From: Parasitella parasitica NRRL 2501
Taxonomy: Eukaryota > Fungi > Mucoromycota
Direction of reading: 5' to 3'
Assembly: GCA_025201805.1 (NCBI GenBank)
Contig: MU619278.1
Location: forward strand, 61,688 to 125,687
Length of the DNA: 64,000 nt
Shown here: in pieces, positions 56,300-64,000 of the stretch
Layout of the letters: each line of letters starts with the position of its first letter
How positions within the stretch are numbered: the stretch's first letter is position 1
The notes under the pieces: generated by a model
The model's input: only the letters and a program-made list of their open reading frames with translations
Told to the model about the DNA's origin: nothing
Database searches by the model: none
Program-made: the position numbers and the translations under genes

Positions 56300-57001
56300 A
56301 ACAGTTGCAAACCTCACTCCAAGTCAAAATAAATGTCCCCTGGGTCTCATATCTCAAGTTATTAGTCTTTGCCGCTTCATATGAAAGTTTCATAGCAGAC
56401 GATTCGGAGCAATAATCAAGATGCATTATTGAGAACACAAAAATATAGCAATCACTGCTAAAGGGTCTAGTTGCTCAGTTGCTACGATTTTTGAATGTGA
56501 TATTAGGATATTAATTAACAGCGCTTGGCCCAGAACATAAATAAAGCTTCTAGGGTAAGCAACAGCTGGAGCTAGCTCAATGGTTTACTGATGTAGTTAC
56601 CGTTGACTCGCCAAAATATTAAAATAATTGGGTATGTCCTATATTTTTTGTGAACCAATGCAAAGTAGCGAACTGCACGGGACATGTATTTGTCCCTGCC
56701 ATTCCTTTTGTACTTCTATAATAATTGGCAGGTCTTGACAAAGAGCCCCTTTGGGAAGATACAATACATCGCAGGCGCTTTTGTCTATACATTTGGTAGG
56801 GGCAGTCATGTAGATATCTTGAGGACAATGTTTGAGGCTTTGACTGATGATATCGATGATTCTATCATCAGTCAAGACAGTCTTGCTCATCAGAACACTG
56901 CCTGGTATAAATTCGACAGGAAACAAGTAATCTATTCTTGTAAATGAGAAAAAGTGGTTTCTATTTACACGTATATCCCGTCTACATAAGCGGATTGACA
57001 C
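56300..57001 (-). pseudogene. Frameshifted PD-(D/E)xK nuclease (Rpn-like), Mucorales repeat family
   Basis: CDVLYLPK...LPIIIEVQK, then after a frameshift KYMSRAVRYFALVHKKYRTYPIILIF. Boundaries are approximate. Confidence 0.65.
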
Positions 57002-57822
57002 TTCTTTTAAGGTGAATAACTGATTCAGATAAATTATGACAAAAAAAACTGTTTTGCATAATTATTAACTAATGGGACATATTTGCTCAGCGCAAGAACT
57101 GTCATTCAAAGTGTGAAAAATTATACTTCTACAGAACTCACTGAAGCAAACCATAGTGTTTCTGCTGGTCCTTACATAAAAAAAAACGGGCAGAAGCTTT
57201 GAGAAGAATCTTCAACGAAATGGAAAGCATGTAAAAAACAACCAATTAGGAAGCCATCAAAGCGATTTTCACTAAAAATTTATTAAAGAGATGTCAATAA
57301 ATAATCACAACGTTACTATTAAATACTTGCCAGCTTTCATTAGTTAAAGGAGAAGGCTTTGAATGGCGTTGAATAAATGAATATGCTCGCGCAACCTTAT
57401 ATAAATACCCAGGCCCCAAAATGGCAAGAGCACAAGGTAAAAGTTTACCCAATCCATCGCATCCCATTACAAATAATTTGGATACCCGTTTGTCCCAAAT
57501 TAGTTGCTTGTGCACCTAGAGAAAGGGGTTCAGGTTAGTACGGGAGCGTGAGCCATATTTTGGCCCATCATTTCTTAGTTTGTAACTAGTCAACGGTATA
57601 CATTAACAAAGTAGACAAGACATAGTGTTCTGAAACGTTCATTTTTGGCGTGAAAACTGCAGATCTGGCTCATTTCTATACGCTGTTCTGCAGCTGAAAT
57701 CAATGGCTTCTACCAAGATGTAAGTGTCCTGGTTGACCAATAATTGCTATTGTAAATCACCTCTGCTAACCTCAGACCAGCAAGCAACATGAAATTGATT
57801 GCGTTTGTTTTGGTTGGAGATT

Positions 57823-60221
57823 ATGGACGAAGTAGCGAGTGCAACCAAACCACACATGACGGTTTTCTTTTGGTCCCGCTTTCTTCTTCATCTGCTCCAT
57901 ACAACACACTCTTCTCTTTTCCTTTTCCTTCTTTCATCAACACAAATCTTTCCTGCCTGCTGCAGTTTCACAAACATTTGTACTAACGTCATGAAAAAAG
58001 CCAGTGATGCCATAGTCGTACCTCATCAGGATGGTTCAGCCCAGAGCGAGGATGACTGCCGATCATCACCCAACATATCAAAAGAAGTTGAGAAAGCTCT
58101 GGATCAATCGCATCTGCCGAAATCACCTCCTACTCCCCAGTCGATTAAGTTGAATTCGAAAGGCGCAATTCAATTGACCAACTCATCAAATGGCCCTTCT
58201 CCAAATGCTACTACAAACGCTATACTCAACCTGAAGATCAACCCTTTCTTCCATGACAAGCGCAAGTGGGATGATTCGTTTACTGTTGCCGAGAAAAAAG
58301 CATCGACAGGGAACATTGTCAAAGCAGCCAGTAAGATCCTGCTCAATGTACGAGCCATTTTTTTCATTGACATTTCTTGTTTAGAGGATAACGATGGTGA
58401 GACATATGTCACTTTGCAAGAAGAAGAATACACAATCCCTGCTTTAAGTCATTATGAGGAAGATGATAGTCAAGGTAAGGAATAGCAATGGCAATGGCTT
58501 TCGCAAGTGTAATTACAGTGAATCTAGAAAGTGACAATGTTGACAACGCCAATAAAAAGCCTGGCAGGAAACCTATGGCCGATGAGGATTCGCTATCAGA
58601 TGTAAGTCATCGTTTCAGGCTGGTTTTTTTTTACGTCAATCTAACACCAATATAGCCTGATCAAGATCCAAAAGTGAAAAGAAAGGCACAAAATCGTGCC
58701 GCACAAAGAGCGTTCAGAGAGAGAAAAGAGCGATATGTCAAAGAATTGGAGATCAAAATCAAGCAAGTGCAAGATGCTCACTTGGTTGCCACTGCTCAAT
58801 TAGTTCGGGAGAATCAGCAGCTGAGAGCCATTATTTACAGGCTAGAATCCGAAAATAATGCTCTCAAAGGTATTCCTATGCAGCCATATCAATCACAAGC
58901 ACCGCCACCCATACATCAAACAGTTTCTCGTACCACTAGCTCCAATTACGCTACTATCGCTCCTCTCTTGCCCCAAACTCCCAACCAACAACAACTATTG
59001 CTGCCTGCCTATCTGCCAAATTCACCTTCTTCCGTCTCCTCTATTCTCCATCCAACTTCATCATCTGTCAACCAAATGATGATACTGGCTTCCAGTTCTT
59101 TGCAGCAATACCCCATGTCACCTGTTGTATCAGCTGCTATACAAAACACATCTCCTACACCGTCAACCAAGACGATATCAAAAAAAGTATCTTCAAAACA
59201 TTACAAGACAACGCCTCCTCCACCGCCCAATAACCAACCATTGGAATATACCTTCTCTATCAGTACACCTGCCTCATTGAGACCTAGCACTTCATCCTCT
59301 TCAAAGCATAATAGACCAGAGCCAGTTGAGCTGGTTCAACTGTATCCACCAAGCGGGAGTCACCAAAATAACAACAATGCAAAATCTTCCGAGTCGTTAA
59401 ATAGGAGTGATTTAGTCATGCTCTCACCTGAACATAACAACAATAATGCGCCCAAAAAAGCTGCAAGTGTCACCAGCGTTAGCAGTACTGGATCTCACTC
59501 GATTACTGCTCCCTTAACATCGTCTACTCCTCCATCATCACTAGCCAATGGCTACCAAGATGATACCAGTAGCATTGTGAGTGATAAGACGAATTCCACT
59601 GTCAGTACGCAACAACAGCGCAGAAAGATTCAGCAACTGGAAATTGGCATGCTTGATTGTCATATCGATACTGAGGGCCAGATATTCTGTGAAAAACTGC
59701 ATAATGAAGTCTGCAATGATGCATTTGATCGGTTGCTTTCTGAGCCCTTGTTTGATCAGATGGGAAAGCTCAATTTATCCATCAGTAATTGCCCTGTTCC
59801 AATTGTAACTGGTGGTCTCATGTCTTTTGAAGAGCAACAAACAAGAAAAACTAAACATCGAGAGGAGACACATGATGAGAAAACCGAGGAAGCAACTACT
59901 GGAGAAGAGAAGGATACTGAGAAAACAAATGTTCCGTCTGAAGATACTTTGTCGTCGTCAGCACCACCCACCCACCCCCACGCTACTTCACCAACAGAAG
60001 CCACATCTACCAAGCCTTCAATCGAACAAAACCAGAATCGGTTATTGACTTGCCCCGAGATCTGGTTCGTTTTGAATCAACACGAAAAATTCAGTAATTT
60101 TACCACGGATCAACTTTGCCAAGCTGTCAAAGAACTCGCTAAATGTGCTGACAGTGGTCCCGTGTTGGAAGATTCGGATTTGTTTGCAATTTTGGCCAAA
60201 ATGGATCAGGGTTATTTATAA
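57823..60221 (+). CDS. YAP1: Yap1/Pap1-like bZIP oxidative-stress transcription factor (start uncertain: 57703, 57823 or 57991)
   Basis: KKPGRKP, KRKAQNRAAQRAFRERKERYVKELE, FCEKL Cys region and C-terminal CRD LLTCPEIW..LC..LAKCADSGPV. Confidence 0.85.
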
Positions 60222-61101
60222 AACAAAAAACTAAAAACAAATGAGCAGCATTATTTTATCATGAAATATGTAAGGCTCAACGATATAGACCGCCTTTTTC
60301 TCAGTTTCATGAGCTTAAAAAGTGTATTTCCCGGAAAGAAATCGAAAACTACATCTATACCGCTAAATTCTCATGAATAAACTTATGAAATCTAATGAAT
60401 AAACTTTGTCTTGTCTGCAAAAGATTCAATCTGTCGTATTAACGCCATATATACTCTAATGCTAATCGCATCTATTGGGGATGGTTTGAAACATTTTCTC
60501 CGTTTAGATAATGACAAGTAGATACTGGAGCGATCATTTAAAGCCGAGGAAAGGCTCTAATAATAGACAATGTGTTTTTACAAACGAATTGATCATGGAT
60601 GATTAGAGCAATAAATCTTTTACAAGATAAAGGAGAAATACACAATAAGATTACCTCTATAAATGATAGTTTACTTAATCGTTTATTTTATCTTTGCTGA
60701 CATATCTGTAATCGGACAAGTTTTGTTTGTGTAGGATGTGGAGTTTGCCTGTCAAAACTCGGTTCTTCCGCGGAAGCCTTGAGAACAGATGCACAGATGT
60801 CCTCTAATAAACCTAGAAAAGATCATAGCTTGCTTTAATACCTAAATTATACGCGTAAACCTTGAAAATTAAGGGATTTTCTGTGCGTCAATAAACCCGG
60901 AGTAATTTTCTCGGGCATTGACCAAAATTTATTCAATGTAGAGTACAAACCACAGTAGCCAACAAGTTTCAAAGCGTCTATTCAAAAACTTTAATAGCTA
61001 AAAATACAGAAATACAGCTTAACCAGTATATATAAACAAGCTGAAAAACTAAAAAAAAATTGTACGCCTTTTACCTCTCCAAACTCGTCATATCAAAAAT
61101 C

Positions 61102-62547
61102 ATGCTTGGATTTAAATACTTTGAAGGGTACAACACTCCTATTGTACAGATTGTGTTTCTGGGCCTTGTATGCTTATGCTGTCCTGGCATGTTTAATGCA
61201 TTATCAGGCCTTGGTGCGGGTGGCTCGATGAGTAGTAATGTTGCGTTGACAGATGCTGCAAATGGCGCTCTTTATGGCTGTTTTGCCATCATAGGGTTTT
61301 TTGCCGGTTCGGTTACAAACACATTAGGTGTCAAGTACACATTAACCGTAGGCATACTTTCCACCAGTTAAAATATGCATGTATACAAACTAATAGTTCC
61401 ATGAAATTAGGTTGGATCTGTTGGCTACGCCATCTATTCAGCAGCCTTCTGGGTATACGATCGTAAACAGGTGTCTGGGTTTGTAGTTGCAGCAGGCGCG
61501 ATCCTCGGTTGCTGTGCTGCGCTCTTTTGGAGCAGCCAAGGTGCCATCATGATGTCCTACCCTCAAGAAAAGGACAAGGGCAAATTCATTGCTATTTTCT
61601 GGTCTCTTTTCAACTTTGGTGGCATCTTAGGCTCATTGATTGCCCTTGGTTTAAACTTGGAGAACAACACTGGCGGCGTCTCTACCAGTACATACACTGC
61701 TTTTGTTATTGTCATGCTGATCGGTGTTGTATTTTCCCTTACTCTGGCAAGCCCCACTAACGTAGTCCGTGCAGATGGCTCCTATGTAGCTATCACTGAA
61801 TCCGCTCATTGGAAAACAGAACTAAGAAACGTATTGAAGGTATGGAAAGAGTGGCGTATGCTTGCCTTGATCCCTGCTTTCTTGGCCTCAAATTGGTTTT
61901 ATGCCTACCAGTTTAGAATCAATTCCATCTACTTTGATCCTTCTACCAGAGCTTTAAATGATTTGTTATACTGGGCTATGCAGGTCATTGGTTCAATGAT
62001 GATAGGCTATCTTTTGGATTATACGAGGTTGTCGCGTCGTGTTCGTGGTTTGATAGCTCTCACTCTTTTGTTCGTTACACTGATGGCCATTTGGGCTGGT
62101 GGTTTCGCTTTCCAAATGACGTTTGATGCTGATTACAGTGATCCTATTCGCTGGACCAGTAGCCGCTTTGGTGGACCTTTTGTCTTGTATATCATGTATG
62201 GTTTCTCTGATTCTATTTATCAAACTTACTTGTACTGGCTAATGGGTGCTATGTCCAATGACCCTGCTATGTTGGCTCGCTATGCTGGTTTCTACAAGGC
62301 TATGCAATCTGCCGGTGCCGCAGCTGCATTTGGCGTTGATTCATCTAACATCCGTCTTCGTTGGGAATGTCTTATCTGCTGGCTATTAGTATTTTTCTCC
62401 TTTCCTCTTATTTTCCTTGTCACCAACAAAGTTACTGAAACCAATGTTGAGAAAAATCTCTCGAGTGGTGATATCTCTACGGAACAAATTCCCGCAACGT
62501 TTCCAGTAGAGAAAAAGCCAATGGAAAATATCAACATCCTGCCATAA
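61102..62547 (+). CDS. UNC-93-like MFS transporter
   Basis: QIVFLGLVCLCCPGMFNALSGLGAGG, WSSQGAIMMSYP, ASNWFYAYQ, YWLMGAMSND..LARYAGFYK. Intron at 61348-61410. Confidence 0.9.
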
Positions 62548-64000
62548 GATAAGACATGTATATACTTCCTATCAATTCCAACAATATATCCCTCTCAGAG
62601 CATATTATTTTACATGCTTCGACTTCATGATGTAGATATCAAAATCAACTAAGCGAACTCTCTTTTGTATGTCATAACATTGAAATTTGCTTTTTATCTT
62701 GGGTGTATTCATGATCACCGTCTACAGAAGCTGCTCCAGGCTTACGAATAGGTCTAGTGCAAGCTTTTGCTCGACTGCAAGTACTAGTTTATGAGCAGCC
62801 GTAGATGGTTTAATTGTATATATTTTTTTTTTTTTTTTGGTTAAGTTTGCCTATACCTAGTAAATACCATTGAAACTGAGGGCTTTATTTCCACTAATTC
62901 CTTAGCTACCTCTAGTAGCATTATCCCACATGCCTCTGTCATTAAATTCATCGTCGAGATATTCATTTACCTCCTCTTCTGTGAATTCTTTATATATAAC
63001 TCTCAATAAGTGGCCCTTGATTTGCTCTCGAATCTTTCAGTTTCATTTACATGAATTTAATTGTTCAATTGTGAACGGAAACAAAAAAAAAAAAAAAAAA
63101 AAAGGCATACTAGAAAACAGACGAACTAATGTATCGACAACTCATTGATCTTGGCCTAAATGTAGCATTTGGGGTATTTCAAAGCTCATTCATCTGTGAA
63201 CTTTACATTTCTGAAAGGGAAAAGTACTCTCAAACATCACCCTTGATGCATAGAAGCCTTCTGAAGTAATTTCAGCATTTTTCTCGATTAAAAAAATTTC
63301 ATTGATTTTTAGAGATTTTTCCCTTGCTACCATAAGGCTTTTTTTGTCAATTTCACAAGATTCGATTTTACACCCCAAAAACTGAATATTTTTAAAGATA
63401 TACATTAATGAAAAGTGCTTCAAAATTTCTAATCTATTACATCAAAGACTCTTTTTTGCTGTTACTTAACCAGAATTTTGAGTCATGCTCAATAAAATGA
63501 TTTTTTGATTTTTTCGATTTAATCGACGTTTTCAGTATAAATTTGTTATAAATTTTACACCATTCGATAGAGCGTCAAAAATAATTATCAAGTCTATTAA
63601 TTTATATTGCACATTGTATTACTACACTTTCGAGTATTCATGAGAAATAGGACAATTTTTTTTTTTTTAAAAAAAAACTTTCAAATCAAACAGAAGTTTA
63701 TTCAAGATTGATCTTCGGAGTTTCAATCTTTATTGATGATGATGCTCAAATAGGTTGTATACATTTATTACAGTCGACGAAACTAGGTTGGGCCAGTGAG
63801 AAAAAATTTGGGTCATTTTAAAATTGAATTTGGACGTCGCAATGAAAGTGAGACACCAGTATGAAAATGGGACAGCAATAAGTAGAAGGGGACATATTAG
63901 TTTTTGGACCAATCAAACTTTTTTTTTTCAATAGGCTAACTTACCCATAAATAAGGGGTGTCTTGCTGTTATGCAAGACATAGTATTGCTTAAGCTATTT

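Overview
Intron-rich, AT-rich fungal genomic DNA. Gene content, ~60-nt introns and repeat families point to Mucorales (Mucor/Rhizopus-like; inferred). About 23 protein-coding genes can be reconstructed by manual splicing: a partial 5' end of a probable TrpRS, RhoGAP-like, TALE homeobox TF, ATG5, acid sphingomyelinase, MET17, a Q-rich RVxF protein, WC-2-like PAS/GATA TF, Pcl cyclin, Csm1/Pcs1 monopolin, thymidylate synthase, DHHC palmitoyltransferase, Hal/Npr kinase, TBC Rab-GAP, GOS1, a PB1-like Q-rich protein, HIS7, Num1/ApsA, a small secreted acidic peptide, Spc34-like, PBS2, YPT6, stand-alone SurE, Yap1-like bZIP and an UNC-93-like MFS transporter. Decayed mobile-element relics include a Fanzor/TnpB-like remnant, a Tc1/IS630 DDE fragment and a PD-(D/E)xK pseudogene. 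There are two assembly gaps. The most notable observations are the Fanzor relic, a spliced Cys-containing uORF or alternative N-terminus on the Yap1-like gene, a Kex2-type secreted micro-peptide, kinetochore subunits with unusual extensions, a ~42-bp inverted repeat, and several unusual splicing features. All family calls come from motif recognition by eye, not from database searches.
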